Virus record (IMG/VR): IMGVR_UViG_3300043584_000003
Coordinates: 35,163 to 99,162 of that record
Strand: one strand, 5' to 3'
DNA length: 64,000 nt
DNA from: a virus
Position numbers and translations under genes: made by a program. Under the pieces are notes generated by a model, which was not told the DNA's origin, ran no database searches, and worked only from the letters and a program-made list of their open reading frames with translations. Below, in pieces: positions 28,864 to 38,101 of this stretch (its first letter is position 1; each line of letters opens with the position of its first letter).

Positions 28864-30834
28864 CTAGTCGGTGACGTTCAACGTTTGATCGAGGTCGAGC
28901 GCCGAGTTCAACGTAATGTTTTCAGTTAGGTCTAACGCCGACGTGTCAGCATGTGGATCGATACCAATGAGGGCGGCGCGATCCCGCGTGATCTCCTCAA
29001 GACGTTCGAGCTTTTGAATCAATCGCTGAACCTGGTCCTCCTCGACGGTACCTCTTGTGACGAGATCGATGATCCGGATCGAATCGTGCTTTTCGGCTCC
29101 GGGACGATGCGGTCGATCCTCCTTCTGTCTTTCGTCGACGAGCGACCAGCTGCGCTGCACGTTAATGAGAGTGTCAGCGGCGGACATATTCAACCCGACG
29201 CCACCTGATTGGCCGGTGAAGACGAGCGCGCGGTTTCGACCCGCGTTCATGTCCTCAAGCGCGCGCTGGCGATCGATCGGTGCGACCTCGCCGCTGATAA
29301 TGCCGTGTGGAACATTTAGCTTATCGAGTCGAGCGGATACCATAGCCAGCACGTCCAGATGAACGACCGAGATTAGGACCGGTGCGATCCGATGGTTCAC
29401 GGTCAATACACCGAGCTCGTCGAGCACCTCCTCGAGTACGTCGAGCTTAGGCGACGGTTCGCGCATGGTCACCTTCCACGACGAGATGTCGTCCTCATCG
29501 GGTTTCTCGACGGTCACGGATGCTGATGCAAACTGCATTAACCGTGTTTTAACGACCAACTGGTTCGCGGCGAGCAACAGCGTGCCATCGGCTAGTCGCG
29601 TCCGTAGGCTGGTCTCAAACTCGCGGTACGCGCGCGCCTGCGTCGTCGACATCTCGACGACGCGCGTCTCGCGTATCTTAGGCGGGAGTTGCGGTAGCAC
29701 GACGGCCTTCAGCATTCGTCGAAAACGCGGGTCGAGGATCTTGAACAGCTCATCGCGCGTATCAGGTCGAACACCGACGACGTCCATGCCACCGAACGCG
29801 TTCCATGACAACAAACAGAAGCGATCTTGAAAGGCAGACTTAGTTGGGAAGTCGTCTGGTGCGACGAAGTGCATGATCGACCACAGATCGCCCGGATGGT
29901 TCGCGACCGGTGTACCGGTCAACGCCCAGCGGTATCGCACGGATGACGAGTGTCCGAGGTACCAAGCGGCTCGCGTTTGTTTTACCTGTGGGGATTTGAC
30001 ACGGTGGGCCTCATCGAGTATGACTATCTTAAACTCAAACTCATTCAACTCCTTGCGATGAACCTCACATCGTGATGGCGTTAGATTCTCGTCACCAGTA
30101 TGTGGATCACATTCACGGCATCGTATGAGGCGAACCGAACCGAACGGCGCAAGCCGTGAGAACAGTCGTGCTGACTCGATGTTGATGATCACCAACGCGG
30201 TCGGGTCGCCGCGCGCCTCCTTCAGCGTCTTACGCTTCTGTGCGGCGGTGCCGTCGACGACGTACGGCGTCGCGTTGGGCAACCAGACGGCGCTCTCCTT
30301 GGCCCAGTGCTGCTTGACGCTGTTAGGACAGATCACCAGCGCAGGTAGACCGCCGTGGTTAAGCTGCTCATGCGCACGAATCATAGAGAGTGTCTGTGGA
30401 GTCTTTCCGGCTTAAGGTACCTAAGCCCCCATCTCATCTCCGAGAAGTCCGTTGTTGGCACGTAGCATAAATGCTACGCCGGTCTCCTGGAAAGGGAAGA
30501 GGGTAGGTTGGGCATCACCTCTCTTCCACGAATTAAACAGCTCATGCTCGGGCGCGTCGGCCGGTAGCTCGAGCGCGGAGCGCAGTTCGATGGACGGTCC
30601 GATGCGCGCGTCGTGTAGCTTCCAAGCCCATTTAGCAAGCTTTTCACCGACGATCATATCGGCACCAAACAACCCGCGCATAATCACGAGTGATGACCAC
30701 GCGGCTGGAACGCGCCAGATCTTTTCTTGTGCGTCCCAACGCGCACCAGGAATCTGCTTAACCAGCGACTTCATCTGCCACTGCGTAGTAAGAGTGATGC
30801 TCTCGGTCATTGCATCATACTCGGCGGTCGCCAA
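28864..30834 (-). CDS. SNF2-family helicase interrupted in motif I by a 15-nt in-frame insert with two stops
   Basis: 30421-30834 ends LLGDEMGA*; the same frame continues VP*AGKTPQTL into 28864-30384 (ILDEAHRVK, LTGTPVAN, QKEDRPHRPG). Confidence 0.85.
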
Positions 30835-30893
30835 CGGCGTTCCTCACTAGGTCGTTCAAACAACGAAACGATGGCTACCGTACCGCGTGACGG

Positions 30894-31382
30894 TCACATA
30901 GTCGTGTAGAGGAGCATACTATCGAACAACGACGCGCGATGGTGCGCTAGCACTAGGAGGGCGTGACGTGTTGCGTCGTTGGCGTCATCAGCATCGGCGC
31001 GTTCGACGTCACGTGCTGAGACGAATAACTTAAGCTTGCGCAGCATGCCGTTAGAGATGAGACGCTTAGCGTTGGCGGGCTGCTGAAGATATAGCGGCCA
31101 GTCGTTGAGACGACATAGCTGCTTCACGACGCCGATCGTTTCAAGCGCGGTCGGCTGCGCGGTGTGCTTAACGGTGTCGGCGGTAATAGTGAATCGTTCG
31201 CAGCCGACCAGAACGTCGTGGCCGGGATGCGTCAGGAACGAGAAGCGAAGCGCGAACTCGTCAAGAATCGACGGCGGTCCCTGCTCGGCGTGAAGTCGAA
31301 ATCCGTCGCCACGAATGATCGCGAGCCCGGTGCTATTCCCGGGGTCGATACCAACGGCAAAGGTCGTTCGCGCATTACGCAC
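30894..31382 (-). CDS. RuvC-like Holliday junction resolvase
   Basis: VGIDPGNSTGLA, VGCERF, DDANDATRHAL. Confidence 0.75.
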   Translation of the reverse strand: MRNARTTFAVGIDPGNSTGLAIIRGDGFRLHAEQGPPSILDEFALRFSFLTHPGHDVLVGCERFTITADTVKHTAQPTALETIGVVKQLCRLNDWPLYLQQPANAKRLISNGMLRKLKLFVSARDVERADADDANDATRHALLVLAHHRASLFDSMLLYTTM

Positions 31383-31725
31383 TAAACAAACGATAGTCGT
31401 CCGCGAATCGGATCTCGAGTCCGCACGCTGCCGCGACCTGGATCTCGAGCCTTGCGCCGACCGACGCCTGCCAACCGGGAAGGACGTAGACGCCGTCGCA
31501 CTGCATCAACATCTCGATGATGTCGATGCGAAGAAAGCAAGCCACGCCGTGATCGCCGGTAGTTTGCGCGGTATGTGAGATCGGGCACGGGCCCTCGTGG
31601 ATCGGCTTGATGTCGTGAGGTACCAACGTTAGGTGACCGCGCGTCTCAAGGTATGTTGCTGCCTGGCGGAACAGCGGCTCGTTGCCCTGCGCGTAGCCGG
31701 AGATCGGGCCGCAGACGTAGATCAT
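31375..31725 (-). CDS. DUF4406 family (nucleoside 2-deoxyribosyltransferase-like fold)
   Basis: IYVCGPISG...CDGVYVLPGWQASVGARLE; start near 31725-31731 behind AAGGAG. Confidence 0.8.
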   Translation of the reverse strand: MIYVCGPISGYAQGNEPLFRQAATYLETRGHLTLVPHDIKPIHEGPCPISHTAQTTGDHGVACFLRIDIIEMLMQCDGVYVLPGWQASVGARLEIQVAAACGLEIRFADDYRLFSA

Positions 31726-31788
31726 CGACAATCTTAGCTCCTTCGATCGATTGTTGTTTGGTGTTCGGTTGATACCGAACATCGAACG

Positions 31789-33588
31789 CTACGAGCAGTC
31801 GCCCCAGTTCGGACCTACCTCGGCGGACCAGGTCAGCGGAACCGAGAGCAGCCGGTCGTCGTTGACAACGTCCTTGAGCGTAACGAGTACATCATTGAGA
31901 TCGTTGTGCGGTACCTCAAGATCGATCTCATCGTGGACGGGCCAGATCATGTATGGTCCGAGGCCGGCGTTATCCGCACCAATGATTTTCATCTTAAGGA
32001 TCTCGGCGGCGGTCCCCTGGATCACATAGTTAATTAGCGGGTAGAGCTTACGTTCGCTCGCGGTGTGCTTACGTCCGGTTAATGGTGAGCGAATGTACGC
32101 CTCGCCCTCGAGCGCTAGTCGCTCACGCGCGTCGCGGTCGACCTTACGAATCCAACGTGGAACATTCGGATACAACGCGTCGAAGTCGCGCATAAAATCG
32201 GCGGCCGCCTGCTCGGTAACACCTGCCGTCGCGGCGAACTTTTCAATGCCGGCGCCGAAGATCTTAGCATAGCCGCCGTTCTTGATCAGTTGACGCCGTG
32301 GATCGGACTTTTGAAAGTTAGGTTCCTTAAAAAGATTACGTCCGATGTTCACGAAGAAATCGCCGTCCGATCGGAACGCGTCGATCATACCCTGATCGCC
32401 GGACATATCCGCCATGACGCGCATTTCGATCTGATCCGCGTCGCACTTAACCCAGACCGAATCATCGGGAGCGATAAAGCTACGGCGAATCTTCTTACTC
32501 ATCGCTCCACGTACGGGGACGTTCTGGATGTTCGGGTTCGACGACGACATCCGACCGGTCCGAACACCGCTCGCACCGCCGGGTTCAAACGGATTCTGAC
32601 CCATGCCACCGACGGTGTTGATCGACGGATGAACCCGACCGTCGCGCTGTGACGCCTCAAGGTACGTCGACAGATACGTCGATACCATTTTTTGCGCGCG
32701 GCGTCGGTTAAGGACCACCTCGGCCAGTGGATGATTCATCTCCCGTAGAACGAACTTATCGAGCGCGAAGTCGCCATTCTTTGTATACTTCGTGAACTGA
32801 TAGTTCTGCGACTGAAAATACCGAATCACGTCGCGGTTAGAACCGGGATACAACCCGTAGTTTTTCGAACACCAGAGCTCGGCCTCGTCGACGTACCGCT
32901 GCAGCTCGGCGGCGAACGCCTCGACGTACGCACGATCAACCAGCGCGCCCTTACGCTCCATGCGTTCGCAGACCCAGGCGACGGCTAGCTCGAGCTCATA
33001 CGACGCGGGAGCCTCCCGCTGGACGATGGGATCGATGTATTCGTCGTACTGATATGTCAGGATCGTATCAACGCCAGAATAAGACCAAAAGGGTTCGTAC
33101 GTAATAGGAACCGTTGCCCAGGTCCAGCCGCCGCCCGTGCCAAGTGCGTCGCCAAGTTGGTCTTGAAACATCTTGGCACGTGGGTCGACGTGTTTCACCG
33201 CAAGGTTCTTCAGCGCGAGCGATCCGGTGCTGGATACGACGTGCGTCTTTAACCGCGTGTCGTCGCAACGATCTTCTGGCAGCCGGATGCCGAGCGCGTT
33301 ATAGATCATCGCGTTATCGAAGGTCATGTTATGTAAGACATAACGACCCTCATATTGCTGAAGTAGTTCAAGCGCAAGCCCAGCCCAGCCCGGATATTCG
33401 ACCGGAATGACGTACGATTCGCGATCGTCGCCGAGCTGGATCAACCGCGCATGATCCGTGTCCTTATTTAATCCTGTGGACTCGGAGTCGAGTGCGATCT
33501 TATCGTGCGTCGACAGCCAGCGCTTACATTCGTACGCGGTTTCAACATTGTCCACCAGGTGGACGGCGATGCCGTCAAGCCCCACCAT
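31789..33588 (-). CDS. polA: DNA polymerase A family with 3'-5' exonuclease domain
   Basis: ALDSESTGL (Exo I), HNMTFD (Exo II), YSGVD (Exo III), DADQIEMR (A), KNGGYAKIFG (B), VHDEI (C). Confidence 0.95.
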   Translation of the reverse strand: MVGLDGIAVHLVDNVETAYECKRWLSTHDKIALDSESTGLNKDTDHARLIQLGDDRESYVIPVEYPGWAGLALELLQQYEGRYVLHNMTFDNAMIYNALGIRLPEDRCDDTRLKTHVVSSTGSLALKNLAVKHVDPRAKMFQDQLGDALGTGGGWTWATVPITYEPFWSYSGVDTILTYQYDEYIDPIVQREAPASYELELAVAWVCERMERKGALVDRAYVEAFAAELQRYVDEAELWCSKNYGLYPGSNRDVIRYFQSQNYQFTKYTKNGDFALDKFVLREMNHPLAEVVLNRRRAQKMVSTYLSTYLEASQRDGRVHPSINTVGGMGQNPFEPGGASGVRTGRMSSSNPNIQNVPVRGAMSKKIRRSFIAPDDSVWVKCDADQIEMRVMADMSGDQGMIDAFRSDGDFFVNIGRNLFKEPNFQKSDPRRQLIKNGGYAKIFGAGIEKFAATAGVTEQAAADFMRDFDALYPNVPRWIRKVDRDARERLALEGEAYIRSPLTGRKHTASERKLYPLINYVIQGTAAEILKMKIIGADNAGLGPYMIWPVHDEIDLEVPHNDLNDVLVTLKDVVNDDRLLSVPLTWSAEVGPNWGDCS

Positions 33589-34096
33589 CGTCCTCCACGA
33601 GCTCGTCCTCCGACAGCGCGACGACCGGCGGCCTAAACGTCTCGCCCGGCTGGTCCGATAACACGTCTACCGTGAGACCAGCGGACAACAGCAACTCAAC
33701 GCCGGTCGTGTCGCGATAGACCTTCGCGCAGACCACGCGCTCGATGCCAACGTTCACGATCAGCTGCGCGCACGGAACGCACGGCGACAACGTCGTGTAC
33801 AATACGGAACCGTCGAGGCTAACGCCGTACCTGGCAGCGAAGGCTACGGCGTTGGCCTCGGCGTGAACACCGGTTGGGCACGTTGGTTCGCTAGGACCGA
33901 AGTCGTCGGTCGTTCGATCATCGTGAACGCAGTGTGGCATACCGCGCGGGGCGCCGTTGTACGCGCTGGACAAGATCCGGCCGTCCAACGCGACGACGCA
34001 ACCGACCCGCGCGCGTGAGCACGTACCGCGTTCGGACATGACGAACGCGGTGGCCAGCAGCGTCATGTCCATGGTCGGACGCTCGGTCGTCGTCAT
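33575..34096 (-). CDS. dCMP deaminase family
   Basis: CSRARVGC, HAEANA, PCVPC zinc motifs. Confidence 0.9.
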   Translation of the reverse strand: MTTTERPTMDMTLLATAFVMSERGTCSRARVGCVVALDGRILSSAYNGAPRGMPHCVHDDRTTDDFGPSEPTCPTGVHAEANAVAFAARYGVSLDGSVLYTTLSPCVPCAQLIVNVGIERVVCAKVYRDTTGVELLLSAGLTVDVLSDQPGETFRPPVVALSEDELVEDDGGA

Positions 34097-34941
34097 GACG
34101 TCTTCCGGAGCGTCAGCGCGTATAAGTCATCCATTTGTCGGCAGTACCACGGATTGAGCTCGCGATCACGCGCGGTCGGCGTGTGCGCGAGCAGACGACG
34201 CGCGACGACGGTCGCCGACGTACCACGCGGCGTGATGATTCCGATCGGCAGCTCAGGGCGCGGTTTGGTAGTCGTCGACATCTTATTTAATGCCGCATCA
34301 ACATCGGTCTCATACAGGTGAAGACTACCAACGTGATGAACGTAGCAGCCGACGTCGACGCCGAGGCGACGCGCGATCGTGTGTTGGACCTGCGCAAACA
34401 TGAACGCATCAAAGCATAATCCCAGCCAAACGTCCTGCGATCGCATCGTGACGTGTAGCTCGAGTAGGTCGTTGCGCAAAAGAAATTGAAGCGATAACGT
34501 GCACGGTCGATCACCGTTGTGCATGAGATCGCGCGGTTCCCAAATGGTCGCGACCGCGCGGCGCGTCGTTGGATCCTTCTTAAGCAACGTGTACGCACCG
34601 GACAATCGTTGCGCGAGTCTTGGACCATACGCACCGAAGTCAGGATTAGACGGATCTACTAGGACGTCACCGAACTTCGGGGCGGCTAACTTAATGAGAT
34701 CGGATCGTGCCTCCCCAGCGAGCAGCTGGAGCGCCTCAACGGCGGCAAGCTTTGTGCTCACGCCGCGTCCGGTACCGAGCGGCAGCATCGTTCGTGCGTG
34801 CGCTTGGAACACCAACGTGACGCCGGTCTGTTCGCGCGTCGCGAGACCGCGGGACGTAATCCTTTGTCCGGTCCGCGCGAGCCAGTTCACCAGATACACG
34901 TAGTCGTTACGCAGGTCCTCCATGTAACGCATCTCAGGCAT
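34093..34941 (-). CDS. Thymidylate synthase-family enzyme with dCMP-type Asp (probable dCMP hydroxymethylase/modifier)
   Basis: TRRA, PCTLSLQF, RSQDVWLGLCFD, SLHLY; Asp where dUMP-specific ThyA has Asn. Confidence 0.8.
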   Translation of the reverse strand: MPEMRYMEDLRNDYVYLVNWLARTGQRITSRGLATREQTGVTLVFQAHARTMLPLGTGRGVSTKLAAVEALQLLAGEARSDLIKLAAPKFGDVLVDPSNPDFGAYGPRLAQRLSGAYTLLKKDPTTRRAVATIWEPRDLMHNGDRPCTLSLQFLLRNDLLELHVTMRSQDVWLGLCFDAFMFAQVQHTIARRLGVDVGCYVHHVGSLHLYETDVDAALNKMSTTTKPRPELPIGIITPRGTSATVVARRLLAHTPTARDRELNPWYCRQMDDLYALTLRKTS

Positions 34942-35926
34942 CGGCCGCCTCCGCTACCGACGCGATGGTCTGGATGCCGAGCACGCGACGCAGATAAGCA
35001 TCCGGTTCGTGATGACGGAAGCGAGCCCAGTACTGCGGATGCGGTGCGTAATGACTGATGTCGACGCCGACGCGGCGCAGCGTCTTACGCGCCTCGACGC
35101 CGAGCGCGACGACCCGAGGCTTGCCGAGCTTATTCCAGCAGGCGTGCACGTCGTCGACGTCGTTCGCGCTGACGACACCGATCTGCGACAGCAGCGTGCC
35201 GTGCGTCGCGACGCGCAGCGGTTCGCGCGTCAACGCAGAGAATAGGTAGTGTCCGGACGTACCGGGGAACGGCGCGAACGCGGGCCAGCTGCCGTATCTG
35301 ATCGGCTCGCCGGAGACACCGCGTCGATCACCGACCAGCAGTACGCTCGGCCAGCGTGGACCGATGTACGTGACGTAGTCGTTAAGCGCAGAGACGCGTT
35401 CGTGTTGTACGTGAGCGGTCTCGATGATGTCGTCAACATCGTCATTGGTTGGATCATTGTCGTCGAGCACGATAAGCGGCAGCAACGTTGACGCCATCGC
35501 GTGTTCAAACGCGCGTGTAACGTCGGGGATTCGATCGATCTCATCATACAGATCGTCTCGATGACGACCGCATGCGTCGAGATATTCGTTCGTTCGCCGG
35601 ACATGTACGAGCAACGCGCCGCGCGATAGCAAAAACAGTTCGAGCCACGCGTTAATGGCGGCATCGAGCTGCGTCGCTCGTCCGAGAACAAATGGATAAA
35701 CGGCCTCACCTACGTGCCAGCGATCACAGATGACGTTATGATCGTTGCCGGCTCGATAGTTGAGCAGCGGTTCCGCATATTCATCGAGTGGATGCGCGGT
35801 TGGCGGACCCCTGTGATAAACATCTAACGATGACAACGAGGCTCGCTGTCGGTTCAGCGCGAGCGCAAGTCGTTGTGCGAGCTGCGTTTTTCCAGTGCAG
35901 TCGCTACCGTCGAGCAAAATTAGCAA
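34934..35926 (-). CDS. dNMP kinase fused to a uracil-DNA glycosylase-superfamily domain
   Basis: LLDGSDCTGKT P-loop, CDRWHVGE; C-terminal VLLVGD, GTSGHYL, VVALG, HPQY; TTG start behind GGAG. Confidence 0.7.
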   Translation of the reverse strand: MLILLDGSDCTGKTQLAQRLALALNRQRASLSSLDVYHRGPPTAHPLDEYAEPLLNYRAGNDHNVICDRWHVGEAVYPFVLGRATQLDAAINAWLELFLLSRGALLVHVRRTNEYLDACGRHRDDLYDEIDRIPDVTRAFEHAMASTLLPLIVLDDNDPTNDDVDDIIETAHVQHERVSALNDYVTYIGPRWPSVLLVGDRRGVSGEPIRYGSWPAFAPFPGTSGHYLFSALTREPLRVATHGTLLSQIGVVSANDVDDVHACWNKLGKPRVVALGVEARKTLRRVGVDISHYAPHPQYWARFRHHEPDAYLRRVLGIQTIASVAEAADA

Positions 35927-36033
35927 GATGTGCTCCGTGATCGATCGATCAAGCCGTAGGTCGATCGTACACGGAACGGTCACAACGCCTATGACGCGGT
36001 GGTGCGTTGTGAAATAATAATTCATACAAATGG

Positions 36034-36065
36034 GGAGGACCCCCACTACCCTGCGGGGGCCCTCC
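36034..36065 (-). terminator. GC-rich hairpin with A/U-rich tail after the tRNA-like cluster
   Basis: GAGGACCCCC-ACTACCCTGC-GGGGGCCCTC; the - strand continues ATTTGTATGAATTATTATTT. Confidence 0.45.
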
Positions 36066-36074
36066 ATCAGATGT

Positions 36075-36145
36075 TTGAACAACCGGGAATCGAACCCGGA
36101 ACATTCAGCTCAAGGCTGACGCTCTACCGTTTGAGCTATCGTCCG
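36075..36145 (-). tRNA. Degenerate tRNA-like element with 5-nt anticodon loop (pseudo-tRNA)
   Basis: - strand: GGACGA TA GCTC AAACGGTA GAGC G TCAGC CTTGA GCTGA ATGTT CCGGG TTCGATT CCCGG TTGTTC. Confidence 0.6.
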
Positions 36146-36159
36146 AGGCTAGTAGAATA

Positions 36160-36300
36160 CTCACGTCGACGACGGTTGATCACGGCCTGCCTGTTCACGC
36201 ACGCTCTACCACTGAGCTACCGAGCCATGATCTGGAGGCCCGGGAGGGGATCGAACCCACGACTTGCGCTTCTGGTCCGCGACGCGTGGAAACGACGCTG
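36160..36300 (-). ncRNA. Circularly permuted tRNA-like RNA (YrlA/Y-RNA-like)
   Basis: - strand order T arm (GTGGG TTCGATC CCCTC), acceptor stem closed by loop (CCGGGCC TCCAGATCAT GGCTCGG), D arm (TA GCTC AGTGGTA GAGC); outer limits approximate. Confidence 0.65.
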
Positions 36301-36695
36301 CCTACGTTTCCTGTGCCTGTAGCGAATGCCTGCTCGGAAAACCGAGGACCAGATCCGCCCGTCTAGGTCTGTCAGGAGGATCCGTGTCGGGAGAAGGAGT
36401 CGAACCTCCACCGTCCCGCGATCGTACGTTGTGACTTTGTCTGTGCTTTTGTCTGGTTGCTACGTCAATAGTCTATCAGCGGTGATCATCGTAATCGTGC
36501 CGTACCGTAACAAGATCCAAACGACGAACGGCCGACCCGTCCAACGTCGACCGTTCGTCCTGTTAGCGGTGACTACGGCCGCTCTACGGCCGGTGACCGC
36601 CGCTGTTGCGCGACCGCATCCGATACATCAATATCGATGTCAACACGATCACGAGTAGCGCGATCACGAGTAGTGCCCACGCGCCGGCTTCCACG

Positions 36696-37496
36696 TCAGC
36701 GCTCGCTGATGATGTAGCTGAACAACGCGTCGGCGATCTCGTGATCTGGCGCGAGAACGCGATTGGCCTCCTCGCGAGCGACCTCGACCGCAGCGATGAG
36801 CTCGTCAACGCGTTGCAGCAGCTGGCCGTATCGACGTGGGGACAGCGCGCCGGACCGCTCGATCTTCGTCCACACGCCGGCGCGGACGTCGTCGTCCCAG
36901 ACGAGCACCTGCTCCTTGTGCTCCTTGGTCGCCGCCGCGATCGACGTGTGTCGCTTGGTTCGCTTGTTTCGCACGGTCTCGACCGGTGCGGTCATCCACA
37001 CGTATGTATCGATGTTGTCCCGCGTCCACGTGTAACTGGGATTCAACACGGGCAGCGTCTTGATGAACGTACGGACGTCCTCGAGGCGCTTGCCGAGCAC
37101 CATCAGCGTGGTCACCGGTACATGCTCGACGAGCACGGTTTCGCTGCCACCTCGATCCGAAACGCGAATGTCAGCGAACGCGTTCGTGTCGGCCACGTCC
37201 ATCGTCAGCTGCAGGTCCCAGAATCGAGACATCGCGCCGGCCATGTCGTCGATGAGCTGTTCGGCCTTGAGCTCGACGATCTTCGTTTCGCCGGGCAACG
37301 TCTCTGGCGGGCCGTCGTCGGTGATCGCGTCGGGTGTGTACTCGCGCACCAGGCCGTGGAAGCGATCGGTCATCTTGGACTGGTGGTGTAGCACCGTCAC
37401 AGCCTCATGCGACATGGATTGCGCGCTCTTGCGCAGCCCAAGGATCGTACCCAGCGTCTGCGCTGGACGGCGTGGACCGGGTTCGTTGGTGGTCAC
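36696..37496 (-). CDS. Conserved hypothetical protein (DUF7873-like)
   Basis: HGLVREYTP...LPGETKIVELKAE...WDLQLTMDVADT...VPVTTLMVLGKRL...SGALSP...LIAAVEVAREEAN pattern recalled from phage/actinomycete homologs. Confidence 0.5.
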   Translation of the reverse strand: MTTNEPGPRRPAQTLGTILGLRKSAQSMSHEAVTVLHHQSKMTDRFHGLVREYTPDAITDDGPPETLPGETKIVELKAEQLIDDMAGAMSRFWDLQLTMDVADTNAFADIRVSDRGGSETVLVEHVPVTTLMVLGKRLEDVRTFIKTLPVLNPSYTWTRDNIDTYVWMTAPVETVRNKRTKRHTSIAAATKEHKEQVLVWDDDVRAGVWTKIERSGALSPRRYGQLLQRVDELIAAVEVAREEANRVLAPDHEIADALFSYIISER

Positions 37497-37711
37497 TCGT
37501 TCCTCCTGGATGTTGATGCTGCCTGGTTCAGTTCGGTGATGCGCTCGGCCAACGTGCTCACGCTCTCAATGATGATCACGATCTGACGTGTTACCGTGTC
37601 GACGCCTTGGTCCTGCCCGAGCGCGCTGGCCGCCGCGTAAAACCGATGACCGGCGAGCTTGAGCTCCTGACGAAGTGCCTCGACGGCCTCGGCGCGCGTC
37701 GGTTCGGTCAT
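37493..37711 (-). CDS. Small coiled-coil hypothetical protein
   Basis: Likely start ATG 37711 (MTEPTRAEAV); coupled at both ends. Confidence 0.5.
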   Translation of the reverse strand: MTEPTRAEAVEALRQELKLAGHRFYAAASALGQDQGVDTVTRQIVIIIESVSTLAERITELNQAASTSRRNE

Positions 37712-38079
37712 ACCGATACCGTCTCCTTCTCCTTCTTTGACGTCGGTAGTGCGGCGCGTGTTCGCGTGACGTATTCGCGCCACTCGGCGGTCAGCTCGGA
37801 ATAGTACTCGATGTATATGAGGGCGAATCCGAATCGCGCCCCCCAGCGGATCGTCTCGTCCTTCTCGGCGGTTGGACCGCCGAGCGCGTGCATGCCGTGC
37901 TCGAATGGATTGCGCACAGATGACCCGCCGTACCACCACGCGTCGCTGAACGTCTGTCCGAGCACGCATTCGTGCATATTCGACAGATCGAGCGTACCGG
38001 TGTTGATCCGATCACGCCAGTCGGCCGGGCCGTGCTCGTCGAGCAGCCGCGCGCCGCGTTCGATCTCCTGCTGAAACAT
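37708..38079 (-). CDS. Hypothetical protein
   Basis: GGAG RBS; ERGARLLDEHGP.DWRDRI...CVLGQ. Confidence 0.6.
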   Translation of the reverse strand: MFQQEIERGARLLDEHGPADWRDRINTGTLDLSNMHECVLGQTFSDAWWYGGSSVRNPFEHGMHALGGPTAEKDETIRWGARFGFALIYIEYYSELTAEWREYVTRTRAALPTSKKEKETVSV

Positions 38080-38101
38080 CGCGTCTCCGTTCCGTTTGTT
38101 C

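Noticed and set aside
34093-34941. Ordinary thyA
   Set aside because: Asp instead of Asn at the specificity position, and its context with a BGT-like gene, argue against a plain dTMP synthase.
35927-36082. N-terminal extension of the kinase-UDG ORF
   Set aside because: Runs through a terminator-like hairpin and into the tRNA-like element; a GGAG RBS supports TTG 35926.
36385-36415. Isolated T-arm-like hairpin (GGAGG TTCGACT CCTTC on - strand)
   Set aside because: No matching D arm or acceptor partner found by eye on either side; not called as tRNA or Y RNA, though it may be a remnant.
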